Source of the DNA: Burkholderiales bacterium
Lineage (GTDB): Bacteria > Pseudomonadota > Gammaproteobacteria > Burkholderiales > SG8-39
DNA length: 64,000 nt
Assembly: GCA_965279075.1 (NCBI GenBank)
Contig: CBDIHI010000007.1
Location: 219,870 to 283,869 of the forward strand
Reading direction: 5' to 3'
This document shows positions 19,435 to 29,157 of this stretch, in pieces. The notes under the pieces were generated by a model that did no database searches, was not told the DNA's origin, and saw nothing but the letters and a program-made list of their open reading frames with translations. The number at the start of each line of letters is the position of its first letter. Positions within the stretch are counted from its first letter, which is position 1. Made by a program: the position numbers and the translations under genes.

Positions 19435-20607
19435 ATGAGCAAGAGGAAGGACATCGCCATCATCGGTTACGGCGAAACCAAGGTCACGCTGAAAGGCGGA
19501 CGCAGTTCCTACGACCTGGCGGGCGAGGTGCTCGAGCAGATCCTGAACCAGACCGGCATCGACAAGGACAAGATCGACGGGATCTCCATCGCGGAGACGA
19601 TGAGCGAGACCTCGAACCCGTTCTGGGGCGTCTACATGTGCGAGATGCTCGGCCTGTCGCCCTCGTGGATGCAACTGAACGGGCTGGGCGGCACCTCCGG
19701 TATCGGCGGCATCGCGCGCGCCGCCGCGGCGATCCGCGACGGCCTGTGCGAAACCGTGTTCGTCATCGCTTCGGACGCGCAGTCCTCCGGGCGCAATCCC
19801 GAGCAGGGCGCGCAGCGCGGCGAGTTCCAGTACCCGGTGGGCCTGCGCGGGCCGGTGGGGGCCTTCGGCCTGCTGACCCAGCGCTACCGCCACCAGTACG
19901 GGCTGGACGACCGGGCGCTGGCCAAGCTTGCGGTCACGCAGCGCAACCACGCGCTCATGAACCCGAACGCGGTCGACAAGCTGCAGAAGCCGCTGACGGA
20001 AGCCGACTACCTGAACTCGAAGTACGTGTCCGAGCCGCTGCGCATGCTCGACTCGGTCATGGTCTGCGACGGCGCGAACGGCGTGCTGGTCACCTCGACC
20101 GAGAACGCGAAGAAACTCGGCGCGAAGAAGATGATCCACCCGGTAGGCTACGGCGAGATGACCAACTTCAAGGGCGCCGAGCCGCTGGCGGACATCACGG
20201 TGTCGGGCTTCTCGGTCGCCGGGCCGAAGGCGCTCAAGCAGGCCGGCATGACGCCGAAGGACGTGCGCATGATCATGCCGTACGACGACTTCCTGATTGC
20301 GCTGATCATCACGCTCGAGGACATCGGCTTCTGCCCCAAGGGCAAGGGCTGCGAGTTTGTCATGAATACCGACCTCTCCTACAAGGGCACGCTGCCGCTG
20401 AACACCTCCGGGGGCCAGATCTCCGCGGGCCAGCCCGGCCTCGCCGGCGGCGGGCTGAACCTGGTCGAAGGCGTGCGGCAGATGTTCGGCGAAGGCGGCG
20501 CGAGGCAGGTCTCGGACCCGCGCAACTGCATGGTGACCGGCATCGGTGTCATCCCCTACGGACGCAACTGGGGCGTCTCCGGCGTCCTCGTCATGGAGCA
20601 ATCATGA
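19435..20607 (+). CDS. Thiolase-fold (SCP-x/lipid-transfer type) protein lacking canonical catalytic Cys and His; possible Ltp2-like aldol-lyase
   Basis: 390 aa. AGGAGG at 19422-19427. Reads GGTSG where thiolases have xCxSG, and SGGQISAGQPGLAGGG where SCP-x thiolases have SGG.IS.GHP.GATG. Confidence 0.8.
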   Translation: MSKRKDIAIIGYGETKVTLKGGRSSYDLAGEVLEQILNQTGIDKDKIDGISIAETMSETSNPFWGVYMCEMLGLSPSWMQLNGLGGTSGIGGIARAAAAIRDGLCETVFVIASDAQSSGRNPEQGAQRGEFQYPVGLRGPVGAFGLLTQRYRHQYGLDDRALAKLAVTQRNHALMNPNAVDKLQKPLTEADYLNSKYVSEPLRMLDSVMVCDGANGVLVTSTENAKKLGAKKMIHPVGYGEMTNFKGAEPLADITVSGFSVAGPKALKQAGMTPKDVRMIMPYDDFLIALIITLEDIGFCPKGKGCEFVMNTDLSYKGTLPLNTSGGQISAGQPGLAGGGLNLVEGVRQMFGEGGARQVSDPRNCMVTGIGVIPYGRNWGVSGVLVMEQS

Positions 20608-21053
20608 GCGAACAGTCGAAGCAACCCGCGGCGAAGCCCGAGGTGAAGAAGATCCCGCGGCCCCTGCCGCGCCCCAACACCTACATGGACACGAAGCCGT
20701 TCTGGGAGGCCGCGAAGAACGGCAAGCTGGTGATCCAGTACTGCAAGGACACCGGCAAGCCGCAGTTCTTCCCGCGCCCGGTCAGCATGGCCAACGGCAA
20801 GCGCAACCTCGAGTGGCGCGAAGTCTCCGGCCGCGGCAAGGTCTACAGCTTCACGAACACCTTCAGCGCGTGGCCCGGCCACGAGGACCGCGTGCCCTAC
20901 ATGGTCGCGCTGGTCGAGCTGGAAGAGGGCGTGCGGATCCTCTGCAACCTCTACAACGTGAAGGCCGAGGACGTGAAGATCGACATGCCGGTGAAGGTCT
21001 GCTGGGAAAAGCTGTCGGAAGACATCAACTACCCGGCCTTCCAGCCCGCCTGA
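20604..21053 (+). CDS. DUF35 OB-fold protein (thiolase/aldolase partner)
   Basis: 149 aa. ATG overlaps the upstream stop (ATGA). OB-fold pattern EWREVSGRGKVYSFT. Only one of the usual four Zn-ribbon cysteines is present (QYCKDTG...PRPVSMANG). Confidence 0.8.
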   Translation: MSEQSKQPAAKPEVKKIPRPLPRPNTYMDTKPFWEAAKNGKLVIQYCKDTGKPQFFPRPVSMANGKRNLEWREVSGRGKVYSFTNTFSAWPGHEDRVPYMVALVELEEGVRILCNLYNVKAEDVKIDMPVKVCWEKLSEDINYPAFQPA

Positions 21054-21082
21054 CCCCGAAATCGGGGTCAGAGTCGACTTTT
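21051..21082 (+). terminator. Hairpin TGACCCCG-AAAT-CGGGGTCA followed 8 nt later by TTTT (possible terminator/attenuator)
   Basis: Read directly. It begins at the DUF35 stop codon and lies 18 nt before the next ATG (21100). Confidence 0.35.
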
Positions 21083-21099
21083 CGCCCGGCTGACCACAG

Positions 21100-22662
21100 A
21101 TGAAGCTTGCCGCCTTCCTCGCCGCGCACGCCCTGGCGACCCCGGGGCGCGAGGCGGTCGTCGCGGTCACGGGCGCGGGCACGCTGCGGCTCACGTTCCG
21201 CGAGGTCGACGAGCAGTCGACGCGCCTCGCGGCCGGCCTGGTCGCGCATGGCATCGCCATTGGTGACCGGGTCGCGATCCACCTCGCCAACCGCGCCGAG
21301 TTCGTCGTCGCCTTCATGGGCGTGGTGAAGGCGGGCGCGATCGCGATCACGCTGAATCCGCGCCTGTCGGCGCCCGAGGTGGGATATATCCTCGGCGACG
21401 CCTCGCCCAAGGCGGTCATTCTCGAGGACGAAACGCGCCCGACGCTGGCAAAGGCCGGTCGCGTGGTGCCATTGCGGATCTGCATCGACGCGCCGCAGGC
21501 CGGCGAATCGGCGTTCTCCGCGCTGGTGGCCGGTGGCGGGGCGTTGCCCGAACTCCCGGACATCCCGCCCGAATTCGACGACTGCGCAATCTCCTATACC
21601 TCGGGCACGACCGGCAAGCCCAAGGGCGCGATCATCACCCAGGCGAACTACATCATGCTCGCCGCCTACATCAACGGCGTGCAGTGGAACCTCTCCGCCG
21701 CGGACCGGGTCCTCGCGACCACGCCGCTCGCGCACCGCTCCGCGTTCCAGCGGCTGCTCAACATGGTCTGCGCGGGCGCGAGCCTCGTCGTGATGCCGAA
21801 GTTCGACGCAAAGGACGCGGCGCGGATCATCGAATCGGAAGGCATCACGCTGATGGGCATGGTGCCCACCGTCGGGCGCATGCTGCTGCCCGAGATCGAG
21901 GCGGCGCCGCAGCGCTTCCGCACCCTGCGGGCCGCGGTGGTGACGGGCGAGGCCTTCCCCGTCGAGGTGAAGCTAAGGCTCCTCGCCGCGCTGCCCGGGC
22001 TCGAGCTGCATTCGTTCTTCGCGATGACCGAGGTCGGCGCGATCACCAACCTCGGCCCGTCGGAGCAGGTCAGCAAGGGGGGCTCGGTGGGGCGCGTCAA
22101 TCCGGGCGTGGAACTGAAGCTGGTCGACGACCATGGCCGCCGGGTCGCCGCGGGCGGCACCGGCGAGATTCTCGTGCGCTCGGGGCCGCCGGGCAGCTGC
22201 CTCACGATGCGCGGGTACTTCAACAACCCGCAGGCGACCGCGGAAGCGATCGACAACGGCTGGGTGAAGACCGGCGACCTCGGCCGGTTCGATCCCGAGG
22301 GCTACCTCTACATCGTCGACCGCAAGAAGGACATGGTGCTGTCGGGCGGCTACAACATCTACTCGAAGGAAGTCGAGACCGCGATCCTCGACCTGCCCGA
22401 AGTGCAGGACGTGGCGGTGGTCGGCGTGCCCGACGCGATCTATGGCGAGGCGGTCGCGGCTTTCGTGGAACTGCGGCCGGGCGCGAAGCTCGCCGCCGAG
22501 CGCGTGATCGAGCACTGCCGCGAGACCATCGCCGGGTACAAGAAGCCCAGGCATGTGCGATTCGTCGCGTGGTTGCCACGCAACAGCACCGGCAAAGTGC
22601 TGAAGTTCGAGTTGCGGCAGGCCTTCGCCGCGCAGGCCGCGCAGGCCCAAGAGGTCTCCTGA
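21100..22662 (+). CDS. AMP-dependent acyl-CoA synthetase/ligase (copy 2)
   Basis: 520 aa. Motifs SYTSGTTGKPKGA, TGDLGRFDPEGYLYIVDRKKDMV and GKVLKFELR. Confidence 0.9.
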   Translation: MKLAAFLAAHALATPGREAVVAVTGAGTLRLTFREVDEQSTRLAAGLVAHGIAIGDRVAIHLANRAEFVVAFMGVVKAGAIAITLNPRLSAPEVGYILGDASPKAVILEDETRPTLAKAGRVVPLRICIDAPQAGESAFSALVAGGGALPELPDIPPEFDDCAISYTSGTTGKPKGAIITQANYIMLAAYINGVQWNLSAADRVLATTPLAHRSAFQRLLNMVCAGASLVVMPKFDAKDAARIIESEGITLMGMVPTVGRMLLPEIEAAPQRFRTLRAAVVTGEAFPVEVKLRLLAALPGLELHSFFAMTEVGAITNLGPSEQVSKGGSVGRVNPGVELKLVDDHGRRVAAGGTGEILVRSGPPGSCLTMRGYFNNPQATAEAIDNGWVKTGDLGRFDPEGYLYIVDRKKDMVLSGGYNIYSKEVETAILDLPEVQDVAVVGVPDAIYGEAVAAFVELRPGAKLAAERVIEHCRETIAGYKKPRHVRFVAWLPRNSTGKVLKFELRQAFAAQAAQAQEVS

Positions 22663-22665
22663 CCC

Positions 22666-23862
22666 GTGGACCTGAACTATTCCGCCGAGGAACAGGCCTT
22701 TCGCGACGAGGTGCGCGGCTGGCTCGACGCCAACCTGCCCGCGGACCTGAAGGCGCGCGTGGCCTCGTTCGCGGTGCTCACCAAGGAAGAGACCCAGCGC
22801 TGGCACCGGATCCTGTCGGACAAGGGCTGGGTCGCGCCGGCCTGGCCGGTGGAATGGGGCGGCACCGGCTGGAACGTCGTGCAGCGCTACATTTTCGAGG
22901 AGGAATGCGGCTACGCCGGCGCGCCGCAACTGCCTGCGCTGTCGCTGATGATGTGCGCGCCGGTGCTGATCCGCTACGGGACGGAGGCGCAGAAGAAGCG
23001 CTTCCTGCCGCGCATCCACGATGGCAGCGAATCCTGGTGCCAGGGCTATTCGGAGCCGGGCGCGGGGTCGGACCTTTCAGCGCTGAAGACCAGGGCGGAG
23101 CGGGTGTCTTCGGCGGACGGGGACCACTACGTCGTCACCGGCCAGAAGATCTGGACCACGCACGCGCAGTGGGCCGACTGGATGTTCTGCCTCGTGCGCA
23201 CCGGCAGCGACAGCCCCAAGCAGCAGGAGGGCATTTCGTTCCTGCTGATCGACATGAAGTCCCCCGGCATCACGATCCGGCCGCTGATCCTGATGGACGG
23301 CAGCCACGAGGTGAACGAGGTGTTCCTCGAGGGCGTCCGCGTGCCCGTGGAAAACCTCGTGCACGAGGAAGGCAGGGGCTGGACGGTGGCCAAGTACCTG
23401 CTCGGCTACGAGCGCATGAACCAGGGCCGCATCGGCATCGCCAAGCGCACGCTCGCGAAACTGAAGGACTACGCGAAAGAGGTGCGCAAGGACGGCCGGC
23501 CGCTGGCGGACGACATCCGTTTCAGGGACCGCGTCGCGCGCGTCGAGGTGGAGCTGATGGCCCTCGAGCTGACGAACCTGCGCATGCTCGACCAGATGCG
23601 GCGCAGCGGTCGCCCGCCGGGTGCAGAGGTCTCGATCCTTAAAATCCGCGGCACCGAAATCCACCAGGCGCTCACCGAGTTGTTCGTGCAGGCGGCCGGC
23701 CCGTTTGCGCAGCCGCTCGCGCCCCTAGACCCGGACGAAGGGTTCGACGAACTCGCCGCCGCGTTGATGCCGAAATTCCTGAACCTGCGCAAGATGACGA
23801 TTTACGGCGGTTCGAACGAGATCCAGCGCAATATCATTGCCAAGATGATCCTGGGGCTATGA
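22666..23862 (+). CDS. Acyl-CoA dehydrogenase
   Basis: 398 aa, GTG start. ACAD pattern includes the C-terminal IYGGSNEIQRNIIAK. Confidence 0.9.
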   Translation: MDLNYSAEEQAFRDEVRGWLDANLPADLKARVASFAVLTKEETQRWHRILSDKGWVAPAWPVEWGGTGWNVVQRYIFEEECGYAGAPQLPALSLMMCAPVLIRYGTEAQKKRFLPRIHDGSESWCQGYSEPGAGSDLSALKTRAERVSSADGDHYVVTGQKIWTTHAQWADWMFCLVRTGSDSPKQQEGISFLLIDMKSPGITIRPLILMDGSHEVNEVFLEGVRVPVENLVHEEGRGWTVAKYLLGYERMNQGRIGIAKRTLAKLKDYAKEVRKDGRPLADDIRFRDRVARVEVELMALELTNLRMLDQMRRSGRPPGAEVSILKIRGTEIHQALTELFVQAAGPFAQPLAPLDPDEGFDELAAALMPKFLNLRKMTIYGGSNEIQRNIIAKMILGL

Positions 23863-23890
23863 ACCCGGGACACAACCCAAGGAGACAGAC

Positions 23891-24853
23891 ATGCGCATCA
23901 AAGCCTTACTCACGGCAGTCCTGCTCGTAGCTTCCGGCGCGGCCCTGGCCCAGGCCTGGCCGACCCGGCCCGTCAAGATCATCGTGCCCTATCCCCCGGG
24001 CGGCGTAACGGACATGTTCTCGCGCGTGCTCGGCGCACAGCTGCAGGAGTCCCTCGGCCAGCCTTTCCTGGTCGAGAACAAGCCCGGCGCCAGCCAGATG
24101 GTCGGCGCAACTTTTGTCGCCAAGGCGCCGCCCGACGGCTATACGCTGTACGTGGGCAGCACCACGAGCCTCGGCATGAACCCGTACACGCAGAAGAACA
24201 TCCAGTACGACCCGGTCAGGGACTTCGCGCCGGTGTCGCTGGCGATGACCATGCCGATGTTCCTGGTGATCAACCCCGCCGTGCCGGCCACCACCGTCAA
24301 GGAGCTGGTCGCGGTGCTCAAGGCGAATCCCGGCAAGTACAGCTATGCCACCACCGGCAACGGCAGTTCGACGCACATGGCCGGCGAGCTGTTCAAGAAG
24401 ATGACCGGCACCCAGATGACGGCGATCCCCTACAAGGGCTCGGGGCCCGGCATCGCCGACCTGATCGCGGGGCAGGTACAGCTCTCCATCGACCCGGGGG
24501 CGTCCTCGCTGCCGTCGGTGAAGTCCGGCAAGCTTCGCGCCCTCGCGGTCACGGGGAAGAAGCGCTTCGCGCTGATGCCGGACCTGCCCACGATCGACGA
24601 GGCCGGCGTGCCGGGTTACGAATCGGTGATCTGGTTCGGCATCGTGGCCACGGCCGGCACCCCGCCCGCGGTCACCGCGAAGCTCTCGCACGAAATCGGC
24701 CGGATACTCAGGCTGCCCGCCAACGTGGAGAAATTCGGCGCCTTCGCCATCGACCTCACGCCCACCACGCCGGAGGACTTCGGCTCGCTCATCAAGGCCG
24801 ATGTGGCGAAGTGGTCGAAGGAGTTGAGCGAAGCCGGCATCAAGCCGGAATAG
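23891..24853 (+). CDS. Bug-family (TctC-like) substrate-binding protein
   Basis: Signal peptide plus AWPTRPVKIIVPYPPGGVTD. Confidence 0.9.
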   Translation: MRIKALLTAVLLVASGAALAQAWPTRPVKIIVPYPPGGVTDMFSRVLGAQLQESLGQPFLVENKPGASQMVGATFVAKAPPDGYTLYVGSTTSLGMNPYTQKNIQYDPVRDFAPVSLAMTMPMFLVINPAVPATTVKELVAVLKANPGKYSYATTGNGSSTHMAGELFKKMTGTQMTAIPYKGSGPGIADLIAGQVQLSIDPGASSLPSVKSGKLRALAVTGKKRFALMPDLPTIDEAGVPGYESVIWFGIVATAGTPPAVTAKLSHEIGRILRLPANVEKFGAFAIDLTPTTPEDFGSLIKADVAKWSKELSEAGIKPE

Positions 24854-24860
24854 CCCGCGC

Positions 24861-26402
24861 ATGAAGTTCGCCTCCTTCCTCGCCACGCATGCCCGCAACA
24901 CGCCCGACAAGGACGCGGTCATATGCGGCGCCGAGAGGCTGACCTTCCGCGAACTCGACGCCTCCACCGACCGGCTGGCGAACTCGTTGCGCGCGCACGG
25001 GGTGGAGGTAGGGGACCGCGTCGCGATCCAGCTGCACAACACGGTCGAATTCGTGCGCGCATTCATGGCGGCGACCAAGGCGGGCGCGATCGCGGTGCCC
25101 GTCAACACGCGCCTCGCGCCGGGCGAGATCGCCTACATCCTGTCCGACTGCGCGCCCAGGGCCGTGTTCTTCTCGGACGAGACCCGCGAGGTCCTCGACA
25201 AGGCCGCGGCGGACGCGAAGGGCCTCGTGCGCATCGTCGCGGGTACGCCCCGCGCCGGGGAATTCACCATCGCCGCGCTGGTCGAGGCAGGGGCGCCCGG
25301 CACGCCGGCCGTGCCGCCGGAGTTCGACGACAGCATGATCGTCTATACCTCGGGCACCACCGGCAAGCCGAAGGGCGCGATCCTGACGCAGGCCAATTCG
25401 ATCATCCCGAACGGCTACCTCAACATGCTCCAGTACGGCGTGTCCGACCGCGACCGCCAGCTCGTCACGACGCCGCTCGCGCACCGGACGGGCTTCGCGC
25501 GCATGGCCAACATGCTGCTGCACGGCTCGACGCTGGTGGTGATGCCGAGGTTCGACGCGGCGCAGGCGGCGGCGCTGGTGCGGGACGAGCGGATCACGGT
25601 CGTCGGCATCGTGCCGACGGTGGGGCGCATGCTGCTGCCGGAGATGGAGGCGCACCCGGAGTGCTTCGCCACGCTGCAGGTGGTCCTGGTGACGGGCGAG
25701 GCCTTCCCGCTCGAAGTGAAGCAGCGCATCCACAAGGCGCTGCCGCACGTGCGGATGTATTCGTTCTTCGCGATGACCGAGGTCGGCGGGCTCACGCTGC
25801 TGGGGCCCGAAGAGCAGTTCACGCACCCGACCTCGCTCGGGCGCCTCAACCCGGGCGCGGAGGTGCGGCTGGTCGATGCCGCCGGAAAGGACGTCCCGCC
25901 GGGCGAAGTGGGCGAGATGTGGGTGCGCACCGGCGAACCGGGGCGCTACCTCACGATGCGCTGCTACTTCAACAAGCCGAAGGAAACCGCGGAGACGGTC
26001 CGCGACGGCTGGGTCGCCACCGGCGACATGGCGCGGATGGAACCCGACGGGCACCTCTACATCATGGACCGCAAGAAGGACATGGTGCTGTCCGGCGGCT
26101 ACAACATCTATTCGAAGGAAGTCGAGCTCACGCTGCAGTCGCACCCGGCGGTGCAGGACGCCGCGGTGATCGGCGTGCCGGACCCCGTGTTCGGCGAGGC
26201 GGTGGCGGCCTTCATCGAGCTGCGCCCCGGTGAGTCCGCGACGGAGCAGGACATCATCGAGCACTGCCGCGACCGCATCGCGGGCTACAAGAAACCGAAG
26301 TTCGTGCGGTTCGCATCGCCCTTGCCGCGCAACAGTACCGGCAAGGTACAGAAATTCGAGCTGCGCAAGTCATTCGCGGCCACGGGGGAGACTGTCAAAT
26401 GA
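24861..26402 (+). CDS. AMP-dependent acyl-CoA synthetase/ligase (copy 3, paralog of copy 2)
   Basis: 513 aa. Collinear with 21100-22662 from the first residues (MKFASFLATHARNTPDKDAV vs MKLAAFLAAHALATPGREAV) and has the same AMP-binding motifs. Confidence 0.9.
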   Translation: MKFASFLATHARNTPDKDAVICGAERLTFRELDASTDRLANSLRAHGVEVGDRVAIQLHNTVEFVRAFMAATKAGAIAVPVNTRLAPGEIAYILSDCAPRAVFFSDETREVLDKAAADAKGLVRIVAGTPRAGEFTIAALVEAGAPGTPAVPPEFDDSMIVYTSGTTGKPKGAILTQANSIIPNGYLNMLQYGVSDRDRQLVTTPLAHRTGFARMANMLLHGSTLVVMPRFDAAQAAALVRDERITVVGIVPTVGRMLLPEMEAHPECFATLQVVLVTGEAFPLEVKQRIHKALPHVRMYSFFAMTEVGGLTLLGPEEQFTHPTSLGRLNPGAEVRLVDAAGKDVPPGEVGEMWVRTGEPGRYLTMRCYFNKPKETAETVRDGWVATGDMARMEPDGHLYIMDRKKDMVLSGGYNIYSKEVELTLQSHPAVQDAAVIGVPDPVFGEAVAAFIELRPGESATEQDIIEHCRDRIAGYKKPKFVRFASPLPRNSTGKVQKFELRKSFAATGETVK

Positions 26403-27364
26403 AGAAGCTCTTGCTGGTCCTGGCGCTTGTTGCCGGCGGTGTTTCCGAACCGGTCGTGGCGCAACCTTACCCGTCCAAGCCGATCAAGCTGGTCGCGCCC
26501 TTCCCGCCGGGCGGCAGCGCGGACTTCACGGCGCGCGTGATCGCCGAGCACTTCAGCCGCGCCTTCGGCCAGCCCGCGGTGGTGGAGAACGTGCCCGGCG
26601 CCGGTGGCGTCATCGCCGCCGAGCGCAACGCCAAGGCCGCGCCGGACGGGTACTCGCTGATCATCGGCTCGACCGGGATCATGTCGGTCAACGCGAGCCT
26701 CCTGAAGAACCTCGCCTACGACCCGGCGAAGGACTTCACGCCGGTGTCGCTCGTGATCCGGGTGCCGAGCTACCTCGTGGTCAACCCGAAGGTGCCGGCG
26801 ACCTCGGTGAAGGAGCTGATCGACTACGCGCGCGCCAACCCGGGCAGGCTGACCTACGCCTCCGCGGGCAACGGGACGTCCCAGCACACGAACCCGGAGC
26901 TTTTCAAGAGCATGGCGAAGGCCTTCATCCTGCCGATCACCTACCGCGGCAGCGCGCCCGCGATGGCGGCGCTGATGAGCGGCGAGGTGGACATGATGAT
27001 CGAGCTCGGCCCCACGGCGATCCCGCAGATCAAGGGCGGGCGCATCAAGGTGCTGGGGGCCTCCACCGCCGAGCGCACGCGTGCGATGCCCGACGTGCCG
27101 ACGATCGCCGAATCCGGCCTGCCCGGGTTCGACGCGTACACCTGGTTCGGCGTCGCCGGCCCGCCCGGCATGCCGCGCGATATCGTGTCGAAGCTGCACG
27201 CGGAGATCGTCAGGGCCGTGGCGCCGCCGGAAGTGCGCGCGCGGCTCGAAGCCGTCGGCGCAGAGGTCGTCGCCAACACACCGGAAGAATTCGCGGAATT
27301 CCAGAAAAAGGAGGCAGTGAAATGGGCCAAGGTCGTGAAGGATGCGGGGATAAAGCCGGAATGA
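26399..27364 (+). CDS. Bug-family (TctC-like) substrate-binding protein
   Basis: Signal peptide plus PYPSKPIKLVAPFPPGGSADF. ATGA overlap with the ligase stop. Confidence 0.9.
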   Translation: MKKLLLVLALVAGGVSEPVVAQPYPSKPIKLVAPFPPGGSADFTARVIAEHFSRAFGQPAVVENVPGAGGVIAAERNAKAAPDGYSLIIGSTGIMSVNASLLKNLAYDPAKDFTPVSLVIRVPSYLVVNPKVPATSVKELIDYARANPGRLTYASAGNGTSQHTNPELFKSMAKAFILPITYRGSAPAMAALMSGEVDMMIELGPTAIPQIKGGRIKVLGASTAERTRAMPDVPTIAESGLPGFDAYTWFGVAGPPGMPRDIVSKLHAEIVRAVAPPEVRARLEAVGAEVVANTPEEFAEFQKKEAVKWAKVVKDAGIKPE

Positions 27365-28326
27365 GGGCGGCCGTACGGGCGTGTTGCGCGGCGCTGCTGG
27401 CCGTGGCCGCGCTGCCTGCAATTGCGCAGGAGTACCCCACCAAACCCGTCAAGGTCATCATGTTCTACGCCCCGGGCGGGCCCACGGATTTCATCTCGCG
27501 CACGGTCAGCGAGAAGCTCGCGCAGAAATTCGGCCAGCCTTTCGTGGTCGAATCCAAGCCCGGCGCCAACCTCAGGATAGGCTCGGAGTTCGTCGCCAGG
27601 TCCGCGCCCGACGGCTACACCATCGGCGTGACCGGCGTGCCGCACGCGACCAACCCGGCGCTGTTCCCGAGCATGCCCTACGACACGCTGAAGGACCTCG
27701 CGGGCCTCGCCCACCTGGTCGACGCGCCGCTCGCGCTGTCCGTGCCGGCGGCCTCGCCGGTGAAGACCCTCGCCGACCTCGTCGCGCTGGCCAAGGCGAA
27801 GCCCGGCGAAGTCACCATCGGCACGGCCGGCAACGGCACCGGGCCTCACCTGTCGATGGAGTTCCTGTTCCTCGTCGCCGGTGCCAACTACACGCATGTG
27901 CCCTACAAGGGCGACGCGCCGGCCGTGGTCGAACTGCTCGGCGGGCGGCTCGCGGCGGGAAGCAACACGCTGCAGTCCGTGCTCCAGCACATCAAGGCCG
28001 GGCGCCTGCGCGGCCTCGCGGTGTCGAGCAAGGAGCGCGCTGTGGCGGCGCCGGAGATCCCGACCCTGGTCGAGCAGGGCTACCCGGACAATATCGTGAG
28101 CACCTGGTTCGGCATGGTGGTCCCGGCCGGGGTGCCCAGGGACGTCATGGCAAAGCTCAGCCGCGAGATCAATGCGGCCCTTGCCGCGCCGGACGTGCGC
28201 GAGAAGATCTTCGCCACGGGCCTGCTGCCGGTCGGCGGCACACCCGAGCAGTTCGACGCGCACATCAAGCGCGAGATGGAGCGCTGGGCCAAGGTCATCA
28301 AGGCGCGGGGCATCAAGGCCGAGTAA
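27361..28326 (+). CDS. Bug-family (TctC-like) substrate-binding protein
   Basis: MRAAVRACCAALLAVAALPAIAQEYPTKPVKVIMFYAPGGPTDF. ATGA overlap with the preceding Bug gene. Confidence 0.9.
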   Translation: MRAAVRACCAALLAVAALPAIAQEYPTKPVKVIMFYAPGGPTDFISRTVSEKLAQKFGQPFVVESKPGANLRIGSEFVARSAPDGYTIGVTGVPHATNPALFPSMPYDTLKDLAGLAHLVDAPLALSVPAASPVKTLADLVALAKAKPGEVTIGTAGNGTGPHLSMEFLFLVAGANYTHVPYKGDAPAVVELLGGRLAAGSNTLQSVLQHIKAGRLRGLAVSSKERAVAAPEIPTLVEQGYPDNIVSTWFGMVVPAGVPRDVMAKLSREINAALAAPDVREKIFATGLLPVGGTPEQFDAHIKREMERWAKVIKARGIKAE

Positions 28327-28474
28327 GCAGCGGCCGGTTCAACTCCGTGCGCCACTTCGCCGGGTCCGGGCCGGACTCCGGACCGGCGGCATAGCACTCC
28401 CAGAGGTCCGGGTGCATCGCGCGATGGCGGTTGAACCACGGCCCGGTGCTGACGATGGCGGGGGTTTCGAGCAT
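28313..28474 (-). CDS. Hypothetical small protein (53 aa)
   Basis: Hand-translated as MLETPAIVSTGPWFNRHRAMHPDLWECYAAGPESGPDPAKWRTELNRPLLTRP. GAGGA RBS 5 nt upstream, 9 nt after the GST stop. The 3' end overlaps the convergent Bug gene by 14 nt. Not in the supplied ORF track (<60 aa). Confidence 0.3.
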   Translation of the reverse strand: MLETPAIVSTGPWFNRHRAMHPDLWECYAAGPESGPDPAKWRTELNRPLLTRP

Positions 28475-28483
28475 GGGAAGTCC

Positions 28484-29146
28484 TCAGAGGAAGCGCTTGG
28501 GCATGGCGTCCACGAACGGGAACATGGAAAAGAAGGGCCTGGCCTCGTCGAGCACACGCCGGTACGAGGGCCGCTCCACCAGCCTTTCGAAGTAGGCGTC
28601 GAGGTTCGTGAAGCGCCCGGCGAACGGGTGCACGATGCCCGCATAGAAGAGCGCCGGGGCGGCCGCGCAGTCGGCGAGGCTGAAACCCGGCCCGGCCATC
28701 CATGTGCGGCCGGCCAGGTGCGCCTCCAGCATCGCGTAGGCCGTGTCCAGCATGTCCCGCCGTCGGGACAGGTCCGCGCCTGCGCCGAGGATCCGGTCCA
28801 GGACGATCTCCTGCATCGGCGTGTGCACGTAGAGGTCGAGTACGCGGTCCCATTGCCTGACCTCCATTGCATCCTCCCAGCGCGCGGGGACAAGCGGCCG
28901 CGCGCCCGGGGCGTGGTGGTCGAGGTACTCGATGATGATCGAGGACTCGGCCACGTCGCGGTTGCGCGCGGTGTCGCGGAGCACCGGGAACTTGCCGACC
29001 GGCCAGATCGCCTGCAGCGCCGCGCGTTCCGCCGGGTTCCCGAGGTCGACGAGGCGTTTTTCGAACGCGGTGCCGTTCTCGTACAGCGCGACGAGCACCT
29101 TGTGGCAGTAGGACGACAGCGGGTGGTAGTAGAGCGTCAGCGGCAT
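28484..29146 (-). CDS. Glutathione S-transferase
   Basis: 220 aa from MPLTLYYHPLSSYCHKVLVALYENG, with a GST N- and C-domain pattern. Start moved to ATG 29146. Confidence 0.85.
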   Translation of the reverse strand: MPLTLYYHPLSSYCHKVLVALYENGTAFEKRLVDLGNPAERAALQAIWPVGKFPVLRDTARNRDVAESSIIIEYLDHHAPGARPLVPARWEDAMEVRQWDRVLDLYVHTPMQEIVLDRILGAGADLSRRRDMLDTAYAMLEAHLAGRTWMAGPGFSLADCAAAPALFYAGIVHPFAGRFTNLDAYFERLVERPSYRRVLDEARPFFSMFPFVDAMPKRFL

Positions 29147-29157
29147 CGTGGATCTCC

